From NCBI GenBank assembly GCA_965652295.1, contig CBFGTS010000019.1, positions 1 through 64,000 of the forward strand: DNA of 64,000 bases. The letters are read 5' to 3'. Origin of the DNA: an uncultured Haloferula sp. Its GTDB lineage: Bacteria; Verrucomicrobiota; Verrucomicrobiia; Verrucomicrobiales; Akkermansiaceae. A model generated the notes under the pieces. It was not told the origin of the DNA. It did not search any database and worked only from the letters and a program-made list of their open reading frames with translations. The position numbers and the translations under genes are program-made. Below, piece after piece: positions 9,251-19,025 of this stretch; within the stretch, counting starts at the first letter, position 1; each line of letters begins with the position of its first letter.

Positions 9251-10555
9251 TCACCGGCGCCAGCCACCGCCACGACCGCTCATCACGCGGAGCTGGGCGT
9301 CGGGCGAGAGCCCGCTGTTCTGGAGCCATTGGAGCGCGGCCTGCGGATCCCGGCGGAGGTAGGCTTGCCCTGCCTGGACCATCGATCGCTCCCGCATGCC
9401 CGGGTCGGCGATATCCTGCGCCCATGCCAGAGCCGTCGGCGGGTCGTTCCAGGCGTAGCCGCGGGCGAATCCGCTGACGGCGGCATCGCGCTCCGGGCCG
9501 GGAGCCATGCCGGCGAGGTGCTGGGCGGCGGCTTCGGGATCGCGGTCCTCCCAGTTTCCGAAAGCTTCGTTGAGACCGGCGTTCTTGGCGTCGCCGGCGG
9601 GGAGGCTGGAAATCCAGCTCACGGCGGTCTCCGGTTCGTCCTCCGCCCATTCGTCACCGATCTCGGCGATGGCGGAGGCGGCAAATTCCTGGTCGGCGAA
9701 TTGTTCCACCCAGGCGGCTGCTGCGGCGGGATCCTCGCGCACGTAGCTATCGACCACCCGGCGCATGGCGGCACCTTTCTGAGCCCCGTCCGGGAGCGAT
9801 TCCACCCAGTGGGACGCGGTTTCGTGGCCTCCATCGCGCAGGGCTTCGTTGGCCACTTCCCACATCAGGCGCTGGGCGTGGCGCTCATCGTCCCCGCCGA
9901 GGCGCATCGCAGTTTGCGTGGCGAGACTGAGGTCGGAATCGGCCAGGCCGGAAATGAGGTCGCGCTCCAGGTTGCGCCGTTGTCCTTCGAGTTCGGGCGG
10001 CAGTTGATCGAGCATCGCGATAGCTGCGGCGGGATTCGCCGCCGCCCAGCCACTGAAGGCCGCACCGAGGTCGTTCTCATCGCTGGTCATCGCGAAATCG
10101 AACGCTTCTTTCCCGGCGATGGCTCCCCAGGCGTAGTTGAAGTCCCGCCATTCCTCGCCCTGGGCCCCGAGCGCGACGAGCTGCTCGCGGATATCGACGG
10201 CGTTCTCGGCAGTCATGTTTTCCAGTAGCTTGGCGAAGGCGAGACGACGGGTCAGCGGATTGGGACTGCGAAGCGCTTGCTCGATCACGGCGTCGAGGCT
10301 GGCACCATCCACCGAGTAGCTACCGAAGAGCTTCAGCAAGGGGCTGTCTCCCTGATCGGTCCGGCGTTTTCCGGCGGCGCGGGAGGCAACGTCATCGCCG
10401 GACCCACCTGCGATCCGGCTTGGCACGCGGTCCGCGGCAGCCTGGGCGGCGGCGACTTCTTCGGCGGTAGGAGCACCGGCCTGCGAGCCGACGAAAAACG
10501 CGGCGCCAGCGGCGACCGCCCAGCCGAGGTGAATGGAGAGGGACTTGGCAGACAT
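9251..10555 (-). CDS. Secreted alpha-helical repeat (HEAT-like) protein
   Basis: Signal/TM segment, then repeated DPxAAxxWxxxLPxG units. Confidence 0.7.
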   Translation of the reverse strand: MSAKSLSIHLGWAVAAGAAFFVGSQAGAPTAEEVAAAQAAADRVPSRIAGGSGDDVASRAAGKRRTDQGDSPLLKLFGSYSVDGASLDAVIEQALRSPNPLTRRLAFAKLLENMTAENAVDIREQLVALGAQGEEWRDFNYAWGAIAGKEAFDFAMTSDENDLGAAFSGWAAANPAAAIAMLDQLPPELEGQRRNLERDLISGLADSDLSLATQTAMRLGGDDERHAQRLMWEVANEALRDGGHETASHWVESLPDGAQKGAAMRRVVDSYVREDPAAAAAWVEQFADQEFAASAIAEIGDEWAEDEPETAVSWISSLPAGDAKNAGLNEAFGNWEDRDPEAAAQHLAGMAPGPERDAAVSGFARGYAWNDPPTALAWAQDIADPGMRERSMVQAGQAYLRRDPQAALQWLQNSGLSPDAQLRVMSGRGGGWRR

Positions 10556-10628
10556 CTTGGAAAAATCGGGCTGTTTTGGTGATGACGCAAACGCCGCGCC
10601 CGGTCTTTCGCGGGAAAGGGCCGGATTT

Positions 10629-11381
10629 TCACGACTTGCTCAGAAGTCGAACCGAGATGCGCTGCCAGTAGTCGCGGTCTTTTTTCCAATAGAAGGCAGC
10701 CGCCCATGGATCGAGAGCCGTACCGGTGCGGATTTCTTCGCCGGCAACCAGGGTTTCGTTCAGGCTGTCCGGCGTGGTCACCGATCGCACTTCGGGAAAA
10801 GCCCGCCGGAACGCGGAACGCATTCTCGTCTGGAGCCGGCGGTGGCCGGGGCCGGTGACGAGGTTGGCCAGAAGCAGACCGCCGGGGGCGATCAGCGGGC
10901 GCAGGACCTCGATGAGTCGCTCGGGCTTCCGCTCGGGCCGGAAAACATCCTCCTCGCCCGCCAGATAACAGTCGTCGATGACGATGTCGTATTGCCGGCG
11001 GCAGCTGGCAGCCCATTCGTAGGCGTCGGCGATGTGGATGCGCGCTCCGGTTTCCTCAAGCCGCATGTGATCGCGGGCGAGATCGACGATCTCGGGATCG
11101 AGGTCCACCGCGGTGAGTTCGGCGTCTGGCAGGAGGTGCCGGAGGATCCGGAGCGTGGTACCCCCCGCGAGGCCGAGCATCAGGATGGATCGCGGCGGCC
11201 CATCGGGCCGGAGGAGGGCGGCAGCGGCCAGATTATCCCAAGCCAGACCGGTGAGAAAACGGTCGCGGTGCCACCAGGCGTGGACGGCACCGGCCACGCG
11301 GAATTCACAGGAGGCGGAGGCTTTCCAGATCTCAAGGTCCTGGAATGCGGTGCTTGTGGTGGTGATGCGTTTCAGCCCCAT
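10629..11381 (-). CDS. Class I SAM-dependent methyltransferase, spermidine-synthase-like
   Basis: LMLGLAGGT, AVDLDPEIV, IADAY, YDIVIDDCY, PGGLLLAN. Confidence 0.8.
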   Translation of the reverse strand: MGLKRITTTSTAFQDLEIWKASASCEFRVAGAVHAWWHRDRFLTGLAWDNLAAAALLRPDGPPRSILMLGLAGGTTLRILRHLLPDAELTAVDLDPEIVDLARDHMRLEETGARIHIADAYEWAASCRRQYDIVIDDCYLAGEEDVFRPERKPERLIEVLRPLIAPGGLLLANLVTGPGHRRLQTRMRSAFRRAFPEVRSVTTPDSLNETLVAGEEIRTGTALDPWAAAFYWKKDRDYWQRISVRLLSKS

Positions 11382-11523
11382 TTCGGCGACCCTTGCAGGA
11401 TCAGGCGGAAGGTCGATGCCATTCGTGGGGGCGGAGGAAGATCCTTAAGAAAACCCGATTGTTACGCGATCGCGTTAGTTAATTAATCCGTTTCAAAACA
11501 TTGTTGCTTAAGGAGTTAGGTGG

Positions 11524-11931
11524 ATGCATGGATTTTGCATGCCCTTTGTGACGGAGTTATCCCCCCTGGCTTCGCTCGAGGCGGCACGACCGGTTTTCCT
11601 CATCTTGATGGGGCTTTCGATCGTGGCGATCTCTTGGCGATTGGTGAAGCGTGTGTCCGGTTGGCCGGCGCGGGTTCTGATGTCTGGAGCGCTGCTTCTG
11701 GCGTTCGGCTATTCGCTGATTCTGCCGATGTATGAGGTCGGAGTGTTGGTGAAGCCGTCGATGGTGCCGTTCTCCTCGGGAGCGGACGTGACCCGGATGA
11801 TGGGATGGGAAGTGGCCAAGGCTTTTGCGATGAACGGCGGCTGGCTGTTGTTCGGCCTCGGGCTGTTTCTGATTTCCCGCTCCCCGCTGCCTCCCCGCCG
11901 TCCTGTGAACTTCACCGTCGTCCGTCCATGA
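11524..11931 (+). CDS. Small 3-TM membrane protein (start uncertain)
   Basis: Three hydrophobic segments; stop overlaps next start (ATGA at 11928-11931). Confidence 0.6.
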   Translation: MHGFCMPFVTELSPLASLEAARPVFLILMGLSIVAISWRLVKRVSGWPARVLMSGALLLAFGYSLILPMYEVGVLVKPSMVPFSSGADVTRMMGWEVAKAFAMNGGWLLFGLGLFLISRSPLPPRRPVNFTVVRP

Positions 11932-12284
11932 TCGCCGCCCTTTTCGAGATTCTCCTGAATCAGTCATTCCTGCTCGATGCCGCCGGCTTGGCGGGTATCG
12001 GACTTGTGGCGGTGGGTGCCATCCAGCTGGCCCACCGCTATCACTCGATCAACGCGCCCCTGATGACTTGGGGAGCTGTGACGCTCATCCTCGGTCGTCT
12101 CGGGATTCTGGCTTACCAGAGTCTGGCAACCAGTTCGTTGTTCCTCGAAGCTCCCCGTTGGCTCGTCTCGATGGCGCTCAATGTTCCCGTCGGCTTGCTG
12201 ACGCTGGGAGTCGGCTTGGTGGTGGCCGGGTTCTGGCTCCATGAGCGGGAGGTCGAGGCTCGGTTCGCTCCGCCGGTGGCTTGA
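11928..12284 (+). CDS. Small 3-TM membrane protein
   Basis: MIAALFEILLN...; three hydrophobic segments; translationally coupled to previous ORF. Confidence 0.6.
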   Translation: MIAALFEILLNQSFLLDAAGLAGIGLVAVGAIQLAHRYHSINAPLMTWGAVTLILGRLGILAYQSLATSSLFLEAPRWLVSMALNVPVGLLTLGVGLVVAGFWLHEREVEARFAPPVA

Positions 12285-12391
12285 AGGTCCGGATGCCGAT
12301 CGGCACGCTCTTGGGCAGGATCGGAAGGAATTTACGTAAAAGCACGCAGTTTCGGATTGCCGTGTCTTCTCGCCCCCGCTAACAGCCCTCC

Positions 12392-12480
12392 AGACGTGAA
12401 CGTCCTGCATGGCGTTCACGTGTGTGTTAGCTAATCCCCCCTGGCGCGGCCCGATTCTTCGGGTCGCGCCTCATTTTTCT
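12392..12480 (+). ncRNA. Candidate small RNA or structured 3' UTR
   Basis: TTGCCG-17-TAACAG promoter-like (12357-12385), 9-bp hairpin ACGTGAACG/CGTTCACGT, unpaired linker, terminator. Confidence 0.35.
12443..12480 (+). terminator. Intrinsic terminator
   Basis: 12-bp stem GGCGCGGCCCGA/TCGGGTCGCGCC, loop TTCT, followed by TCATTTTTCT. Confidence 0.75.
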
Positions 12481-12493
12481 GCACGCGGCGCGC

Positions 12494-13033
12494 CTACGGA
12501 AGTTTCTCGGCGAAGTCGACGGCATTGGTTTCCGCCAAGCTGCGGGGAACCATCCAATGGGTGGAGGCGTCGAGCTTCCCTCCGGAGCCGAGGGGGCGGG
12601 CGTGGAAGCGGGCGAAGCTGCGGCCTTCGGGAGTCAGGATTTCACCGTGGAAAGCCACGCCGGACACGACTCCTACGGCCGGGCCGAGGGTGCCTTGGAG
12701 CTTGGCTTGGGATCGGGTGAAAACCTGGACGGGAGCGCCGGTGCCATCGCTCAAACGCGCCTTCAGATGAAGGGTGCGGGGTCCGGGTTCGCCGGTGAGG
12801 CGGTAGCGCTTTGAAAACACGCTGCGGAGGGCGGACTGGTAGTCGGCGGCGAGCTGCTCGGCGATGAGCGGGTTGGCGGTGGGTTCGATCGAGATCTCGA
12901 TCGGCTCGATGATCAGGGAATCGTATCCCGTCTCCGGAGGCAGGCCGGGGCCTGCAGGAGAAGGCGCGCAGGAGGGCATGGAAACGAGGGCGGCGATGAG
13001 GCCGAGGTTGGCGAGCAAGAGGCGGCGTTTCAT
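12494..13033 (-). CDS. Lipoprotein, DUF3313-like
   Basis: MKRR + hydrophobic stretch + PSC lipobox-like; [20 protein letters not shown] segment. Confidence 0.6.
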   Translation of the reverse strand: MKRRLLLANLGLIAALVSMPSCAPSPAGPGLPPETGYDSLIIEPIEISIEPTANPLIAEQLAADYQSALRSVFSKRYRLTGEPGPRTLHLKARLSDGTGAPVQVFTRSQAKLQGTLGPAVGVVSGVAFHGEILTPEGRSFARFHARPLGSGGKLDASTHWMVPRSLAETNAVDFAEKLP

Positions 13034-13133
13034 GAATCCAACAGATAGAACGAAGCCGTTCGCGCGGCTCGTTCACACGAGTAGCGCGATTCGCGGGATG
13101 GACAAGCGGCTCCGCTCTGGTTTCCCTGCCGGG

Positions 13134-13904
13134 GTGCTCGCGAAACGCATCATCCCCTGCCTCGACGTGACCGACGGCCGCGTGGTCAAGGGCGTCAATT
13201 TCGTGGATCTCATCGACGCCGGCGACCCGGTGGAGTGCGCCATGGCCTACAATGAACAACAGGCCGACGAGCTGGTGTTTCTCGACATCACAGCGTCCTC
13301 GGACGAACGCGCGACGATGGTCGACGTGGTCCGCCGCACGGCGGAGCATTGTTTCATCCCGCTGACGGTGGGCGGCGGCATCCGCACGGTGGAGAACATG
13401 CGCGAGATGCTGCTGGCCGGAGCCGACAAAGTCGGGGTGAACACGGCGGCGGTGAAAAACCCGGGGCTGGTGGACGCGGGCGCCAAGGCTTTCGGTTCCC
13501 AATGCGTGGTGGTGGCGATCGATGCCAAGCGCGAGGGACCGGGGAAATGGGGCGTCTACACCCACGGCGGACGGACGCCGGTGGGTCTGGACGCGGTGGA
13601 GTGGGCGAAGGAAGTGTGGCGGCGCGGCGCGGGCGAAATCCTGCTGACCAGCATGGATTGCGACGGCACGAAGGCGGGATATGACTGTGAGCTGACCGCG
13701 GCGGTGTCCGAGGCCGTTGGCATTCCCGTGATCGCGAGCGGCGGTGCGGGGAACCTCGATCACATGGTCGAGGTCCTGGAGCGCGGCAAGGCGGACGCCG
13801 TTCTGGCGGCGAGTATTTTCCACTTCGGCACCCATACGGTCGGCGAGGCCAAAAGGCACTTCGCGGCACGGGGCATCCCGGTACGTCCCCAAGTCGACGG
13901 CTGA
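13134..13904 (+). CDS. hisF: Imidazole glycerol phosphate synthase cyclase subunit HisF
   Basis: [56 protein letters not shown] start. Confidence 0.97.
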   Translation: MLAKRIIPCLDVTDGRVVKGVNFVDLIDAGDPVECAMAYNEQQADELVFLDITASSDERATMVDVVRRTAEHCFIPLTVGGGIRTVENMREMLLAGADKVGVNTAAVKNPGLVDAGAKAFGSQCVVVAIDAKREGPGKWGVYTHGGRTPVGLDAVEWAKEVWRRGAGEILLTSMDCDGTKAGYDCELTAAVSEAVGIPVIASGGAGNLDHMVEVLERGKADAVLAASIFHFGTHTVGEAKRHFAARGIPVRPQVDG

Positions 13905-14665
13905 TGAAACGCGTCTTCCTGATCCTGCTGCTCGGTGGAACGCTGGGAGCGGGCTGGATGTTCCGCGATGGGATCGGCGCTGCGTGGGGCAAAGGGCTGG
14001 CCGCCATCGAAATCGGAACCCCGCCACGCAGGCCCGATCCCCGCGCCTACGAAGTCGCGAAGTCCGAGGCCGAGCGCTGGCGCAGGGACCTGGAAAAGCG
14101 CTACCGGGCTGCTCCGAGCGAGGCGGATCGGCGCGAAGTGCTGAAGGAAGCCGCCTTGTTTCTCGACGCGATACTGCCCGATCTGATGAGCTGCTGGCTG
14201 GGCACGCCATGGGATTACAACGGCACGGCGGAGGGACCGGGGGAAGCGCCGATCGCCTGCGGCTACTTCGTTGCGACGGTGCTGCGGGACGCCGGCTTCA
14301 GGCTCGATCGCTACCAGCTCGCGCGGCAGCCTTCGCAGTCGATTCTGCGCACCTTTGTTCCCCGGCAGGCGATGATGCTGAGGGTCGGAGTGGAGTATGA
14401 TGAGTTCGCCGACGAACTCCACCAGCTGGCACCCGGGGTGAGGATCGTCGGGCTGGACACGCACGTCGGGTTCCTGATCGTGCGGCCGGAAGGCTTCCAT
14501 TTCGTCCACTCCTCCGGCTCGGAGCCGTGGTGCGTGGTGGATGAAACCCGGGCCCGCGCGGAAGTGCTGCGTCGCTCGAACTACCGCGTTCACGGGAGCC
14601 TGACCAGCGATCCGGAGATCGCGCGGAGATGGCTGCTGGGGGAGAAGTTCGACGCGCCACGCTAA
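13904..14665 (+). CDS. Secreted protein with NlpC/P60-like (papain-fold) catalytic motifs
   Basis: WLGTPWDYNG...IACGYFVATVLRDAG, THVGFL, FVHSS; signal peptide; start overlaps hisF stop. Confidence 0.6.
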   Translation: MKRVFLILLLGGTLGAGWMFRDGIGAAWGKGLAAIEIGTPPRRPDPRAYEVAKSEAERWRRDLEKRYRAAPSEADRREVLKEAALFLDAILPDLMSCWLGTPWDYNGTAEGPGEAPIACGYFVATVLRDAGFRLDRYQLARQPSQSILRTFVPRQAMMLRVGVEYDEFADELHQLAPGVRIVGLDTHVGFLIVRPEGFHFVHSSGSEPWCVVDETRARAEVLRRSNYRVHGSLTSDPEIARRWLLGEKFDAPR

Positions 14666-14801
14666 GGCCTGCGGTGCCCCGCCCTTTTGGACAGGTGCGG
14701 CCGCGGAGCCTTGCCTACAGGCTCTTCGAGCGCTTTAGGCTACGGGTCACTGCTGCGCAATTGCAGGAGAACCATCCCTCAATCGATCTGGAGCAAACCG
14801 T

Positions 14802-15506
14802 ATGAAAAACATCCTCAGCATGGCCGCGAGCCTGGCGCTCGCGGCGACAAACACCGCATCAGCCGTGACGATCGTGGACAACTTCAACTCCGGAGTCGGC
14901 GGGACCACGGTCGTGATCCTCGACAACGTGGGCGGGGGCAGCAACGCGTTCAGTTGGGACACCAGCGACGGAACCGCGAGGTTCGTCACGACGAGCGTGC
15001 ATTCCACGAGTGTCGAGCAGACCGCGACGACCTACGCCGGGTTCTCGCTGGCCATCGGCGAAGAGCTGCAAGTGGACGTGGGGAGCACCCCGGGCGGCAG
15101 CCAGGACATCGGGCTCTACGTCGGCGGCGTTGTCCCGACGGTGGGAGTGCGCTCAACGTATGTGAACATCTACGTCCGCAATAACGGCGAAGTCTACAGC
15201 CGCGGCTTTGATGGCACGACCGAACTCGGTCTCGTGGGTGGAGCCACGGTCACCCTCGACAAGCTCTTCATCGCGCGAACGGACACCAATGACTACGAGC
15301 TGGGTTACTACGATGGCGGCACGCGCAACATCGTGAGCATCCGGACCGGGCTGACCAACAATGACGCCGACTCGATCGGCCTCTACACGGACGTCCGTGC
15401 GACGGGCACGCTGCGTGCCGTGGACAATCTGGTCATCGTGCCCGAACCCTCGCTCGCTTTGCTCGGTGGCCTCGGCGTGCTCGGCCTTCTGCGCCGCCGT
15501 CGGTAA
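14802..15506 (+). CDS. PEP-CTERM sorting-domain protein
   Basis: Signal peptide; ends VPEPSLALLGGLGVLGLLRRRR. Confidence 0.92.
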   Translation: MKNILSMAASLALAATNTASAVTIVDNFNSGVGGTTVVILDNVGGGSNAFSWDTSDGTARFVTTSVHSTSVEQTATTYAGFSLAIGEELQVDVGSTPGGSQDIGLYVGGVVPTVGVRSTYVNIYVRNNGEVYSRGFDGTTELGLVGGATVTLDKLFIARTDTNDYELGYYDGGTRNIVSIRTGLTNNDADSIGLYTDVRATGTLRAVDNLVIVPEPSLALLGGLGVLGLLRRRR

Positions 15507-15535
15507 TCTCCGCGTCTCCGAGATTTCTTCCCCCG

Positions 15536-15570
15536 AGGAGTGTCTTGTAATGAGGCACTCCTTTCCTTTG
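15536..15570 (+). terminator. Probable terminator hairpin after PEP-CTERM gene
   Basis: AGGAGTGTCTT/GAGGCACTCCT stem followed by TTCCTTTG. Confidence 0.55.
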
Positions 15571-15615
15571 TCAGGGCAGGAACTCCCGCCGAACCGTCAG
15601 GCCCGGTGCTCCGTA

Positions 15616-16503
15616 TCAGCCCGCAGCGATGTCCCGGACCAAGGTCTCGACCCGGTTGGCAGAGCTTTCCTCGCCTTCCTCGCGGAGAAACTGGCAGTAG
15701 TTTTCCGAGACGGCCTCAAGATCCGGCAGGTAGGCGCGACCGAGGTCCTCATAGATCGCCATCGCCTTTTCAAAGTGGCGGCGGGCCCACGAGCGGTCGC
15801 CTGTCTGAAGCAGGGCGAGGGCGAGGTTGTTGTGGGACTGGGCGGTATCCGGATGGCGGTCGCCGAGAGCCTTGCGGCGGGCCTCCAGGGCCATCATGTG
15901 CATCTCCCGCGCCTGTTCGTAGTAGCCGGAGGAAAGGTAGAGGGCGCCGAGGTTGTTGGAAACGGTGGCGGTTTCCTCGTGATCCGGCCCGAGGGCCTTG
16001 TGGCAGAGCTCCAGGGCCTTGAGGAAATAGGTTTCGGCGTCATCGAAGTTCCCCTCCTTCTTCATCACGTAGGCCAGGTTGTTGGCCATGAGGATGACGT
16101 CCAGCGGTGCGGGCGGTTCGGCCCGCTCGAAGAGCTCAAGGGATTTCCTCCACAAATCGGCGGCGCGCTGCGGGCGGCCCATTTCGTCGTGAAGCGCGCC
16201 GTAGGTGGCGTGAAGGCGTGCCATCTGCAGCACGCGATCGTCGCGGTTGTCGAGCTGGTCGATCGCCTGCTTGTAGTCCTCCTGGGCTTCCTCCATGCGC
16301 CGCAGGGAGCGGTAAAGTTCGGCCCGGAGTTCGAGGGCACCGACGAAATCATCCACCGTTGCGGGGTCCGAGCTGAGGAGCTGTTGGGCCTTTTCGACAG
16401 CGGCGGAAGCGGCGTGGACCGCTTCGTCGTAGTTTTTTTCGGCGAGAAGGCGCTCGACCCGTTCGCTCAGGATTTGCAGGAGGCTGTGGGTGGGTGTTTC
16501 CAT
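15616..16503 (-). CDS. Tetratricopeptide repeat protein (kinesin-light-chain-like TPRs)
   Basis: LGPDHEETATVSNNLGALY and LGDRHPDTAQSHNNLALAL repeats. Confidence 0.85.
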   Translation of the reverse strand: METPTHSLLQILSERVERLLAEKNYDEAVHAASAAVEKAQQLLSSDPATVDDFVGALELRAELYRSLRRMEEAQEDYKQAIDQLDNRDDRVLQMARLHATYGALHDEMGRPQRAADLWRKSLELFERAEPPAPLDVILMANNLAYVMKKEGNFDDAETYFLKALELCHKALGPDHEETATVSNNLGALYLSSGYYEQAREMHMMALEARRKALGDRHPDTAQSHNNLALALLQTGDRSWARRHFEKAMAIYEDLGRAYLPDLEAVSENYCQFLREEGEESSANRVETLVRDIAAG

Positions 16504-16528
16504 GGGCCCAATGGGAGAAATATAGGAA

Positions 16529-17104
16529 CTAGCTACGGTGGGAATCCCCATCTGGAAAGGGCAAACTCCGTCCCGGGGCCAAAGACGCGAGCAACGTGTC
16601 CCGTTGGTGGGGCAGCCCGCCGAGCGCCTCACGCAGAACGGTTTCCGCAAGCTTGCCAGGGGCGGCCAAGCCCAACAGCCGGGCCAGCTCGTTTTCGAAA
16701 TGGCGGAGCGCCTTTGAGGAGGCTCCGGCGTCGTTCACGTGGTCCAGCGCGCGGCGCAGCAGATCGTGCAGCTCGGGCTCCGGATGGTCGCGCTCCACCG
16801 CATGATCGAGCAGTCGGCAAAAATACGCGGCCAGCAAGGTGGCGGGGTAATTCCCGCGGATGGCCGCCCGCAGCGATCCGGGTGTGGCCTCGCGCAGCGT
16901 GTGGAGGTCGCCCGTGCGCGAGGGCACCCATTGAAGCGCGCAGGAGAAAAAGAGATCGAGCCGCCCGGCGAAGGGGCTTTTCGGCCGGCGGGCACCCTTG
17001 GCCACGGTTTTGATGAGCCCGGCATCGGCGGTGAACCAGTGGACGATGACGCTCGTTTCGGTCAACGGCGTGAGCCGTGTGATGATGCCTTCTGATTGCT
17101 CCAT
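16529..17104 (-). CDS. recO: DNA repair protein RecO
   Basis: ETSVIVHWFTADAGLIKTVAKGARRPKSPFAGRLDLF OB-fold. Confidence 0.88.
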   Translation of the reverse strand: MEQSEGIITRLTPLTETSVIVHWFTADAGLIKTVAKGARRPKSPFAGRLDLFFSCALQWVPSRTGDLHTLREATPGSLRAAIRGNYPATLLAAYFCRLLDHAVERDHPEPELHDLLRRALDHVNDAGASSKALRHFENELARLLGLAAPGKLAETVLREALGGLPHQRDTLLASLAPGRSLPFPDGDSHRS

Positions 17105-17115
17105 GGCGGGGAAAC

Positions 17116-18174
17116 TCAGATCGGTGCGTCAGACTGAGCGGGCGGCGGGGCCGGTTCGTAGGAGGGCAGCGGTTCGACCAGGTTCGCGGGCAGGGGGAAA
17201 CGCTTTTCGTAAATCCGGGGCGCGATCTCGGCGCTTTCGGCGTAGGCGTCCTTCACCATTTCGAGCTTGGCATCGAGGTTGTCGATATGGTGCAGCGCCA
17301 TCGCCTCGGGAGTGCGCGGGAGGGTCGGCGAGCCGAATTCATACTGACCATGGTGCGCGGCTACGAGGTGGAGCAGGTGCAGCCGGACATGGTCGCTCGC
17401 CGGCTCCTCGGTCAGCCAGGAGGCGGCTTCGGGCGAGTCCAGAAGGTCGTGCCAGAGTTTGTTCACCAGCTCGATCCCAAGCGGGATGTGGCCGAGCATT
17501 TCGCCATAAAGCGTCTGGCCCTGGGTGAATCCGGTTTCCGGGTAGGGGTTTTCCCAGAGCTTCCCGCAGTCGTGAAAAAGCACGCCAGCGAGCATGAGAT
17601 CGCGGTTCAGTTCGGTGTAAACGCCGCAGATCGCCTCCGCCGCCCGCATCATTTGGGCGACGTGCTCGACGAGGCCGCCGCGGCGGGCGTGGTGGTTTTT
17701 CCGGGCCGCGGCGGTGCGACGGAACCGCGGTCCGAACTCCTCGACGAAACGCCGGGTCAGGGCGGCGAGGCGGGGGTCGCGGATCGTGGAAAGCAGCGCG
17801 GTGATGGTTTCCCAAGCGAACTGCTGACGGGCGCGGGTCGAGGGATCGCCGGCGTAGAAGATTTCGAGATCGTCGCCCTCCAACCGCTGCCACTGGAGGT
17901 TGGCGGCGTTGAGCCCGAACTGGCTCTGGGTCCACTCGGCATCGAGCCGCAGCGCGGTGCCGTCCTTGATGCCGGAGCAAGCTTCGAAGAGCGGGGCGTC
18001 CGACCAGGCATTGAGCGGGAAGCTGCCGGTCGAGTCGGCAAAAGTGACCACGAGGTAAGGCTTGCCGGTCTTGGTCTGGCGCTCGCTGCGGCACTGGAGC
18101 TCGACGTCCACGGTGAAGCGCTGCGGCGATTCTCCGGCCTGTTGTTTTAACTCGGTGACATTGAGAAAATTCAT
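17116..18174 (-). CDS. OB-fold + HD-domain 3'-5' exoribonuclease, YhaM family
   Basis: TKTGKPYL OB fold; AARKNHHARRGGLVEH, LFHDCGK, GHI, AHHG, HHIDNLDAK. Confidence 0.88.
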   Translation of the reverse strand: MNFLNVTELKQQAGESPQRFTVDVELQCRSERQTKTGKPYLVVTFADSTGSFPLNAWSDAPLFEACSGIKDGTALRLDAEWTQSQFGLNAANLQWQRLEGDDLEIFYAGDPSTRARQQFAWETITALLSTIRDPRLAALTRRFVEEFGPRFRRTAAARKNHHARRGGLVEHVAQMMRAAEAICGVYTELNRDLMLAGVLFHDCGKLWENPYPETGFTQGQTLYGEMLGHIPLGIELVNKLWHDLLDSPEAASWLTEEPASDHVRLHLLHLVAAHHGQYEFGSPTLPRTPEAMALHHIDNLDAKLEMVKDAYAESAEIAPRIYEKRFPLPANLVEPLPSYEPAPPPAQSDAPI

Positions 18175-18360
18175 GCCCGCGAGCATCCATGCGGAAAGGA
18201 GGGAGTCGAGCTTCTCTCCGCCTGCACACCGATTCGTGTTTGGTGAAGCGGAGTATCCGACTGCTGAAGTTCGACGTATCCCGACGCCTCTTCCACGACC
18301 GTTCCATTGGCCCCCTTTCTTCTTGATGATACATGAATTTGAATCAACTCTCTCCGTACC

Positions 18361-19023
18361 ATGCAACCATCCACCACAGGCACTCTTCTCTCTATGATGG
18401 CCGTGCTGGCCACCTTTTCCGTGGCTCAAGCTGACTACCTTGTTAGCGGCAGCGGCACCCTGACGCTTTCTGGAGGAGCAAATTCCCTGGGTCTGGATGG
18501 GGCTCAATTTGTGGTCCAGGCTTATTTCCCCGAAGGGGTTTACACGGATGACAGTGGCTACCCGGTCGCGGTGGGGGATCCCTCCCGGACATTTCTGGAG
18601 ATCAGCGGTGCCACCAATCCTGCTTACAACGGAACTTTCAGCCACTATTCAGGATCCACGCCACCGACCTACTTCCCCACCACCTCGGGTTTGGCGGGGG
18701 GCGGGGACGATCTCTTCAATCTCTATTTCGATCTGGGTCTCAACGAGGCTTTCGTCGGCCTCGGTCTGGATACCGTTCCGACTCCGACCGGCTCCTCGGT
18801 GACCGTCGGAGACACCATCGAGTTGTCCCATTTTAGTGATGGAGGTTCGATCATTCCTCGAAGCGTCTCGAACGAAACCTACTTTACCACCGGCTTCGGC
18901 GTCGGGACCGACTCCAGCTACGATATAAGCAGCGGCGTCATCACCACCGCCCTTGTGCCGGAGCCGTCGACGCTGACGATGGCAGGGGTGGGACTGCTTG
19001 CCTGTTTCCGGCGGCGACGCTGA
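18361..19023 (+). CDS. PEP-CTERM sorting-domain protein
   Basis: Signal peptide; ends VPEPSTLTMAGVGLLACFRRRR. Confidence 0.92.
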   Translation: MQPSTTGTLLSMMAVLATFSVAQADYLVSGSGTLTLSGGANSLGLDGAQFVVQAYFPEGVYTDDSGYPVAVGDPSRTFLEISGATNPAYNGTFSHYSGSTPPTYFPTTSGLAGGGDDLFNLYFDLGLNEAFVGLGLDTVPTPTGSSVTVGDTIELSHFSDGGSIIPRSVSNETYFTTGFGVGTDSSYDISSGVITTALVPEPSTLTMAGVGLLACFRRRR

Positions 19024-19025
19024 GG

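Noticed and set aside
7017..10228. 781-aa and 552-aa plus-strand ORFs
   Set aside because: Antisense to rimO and two hypothetical genes; no motifs
18307..18323. Possible sigma-54 promoter TTGGCCCCCTTTCTTCT before a PEP-CTERM gene
   Set aside because: Lacks the invariant GC at -12
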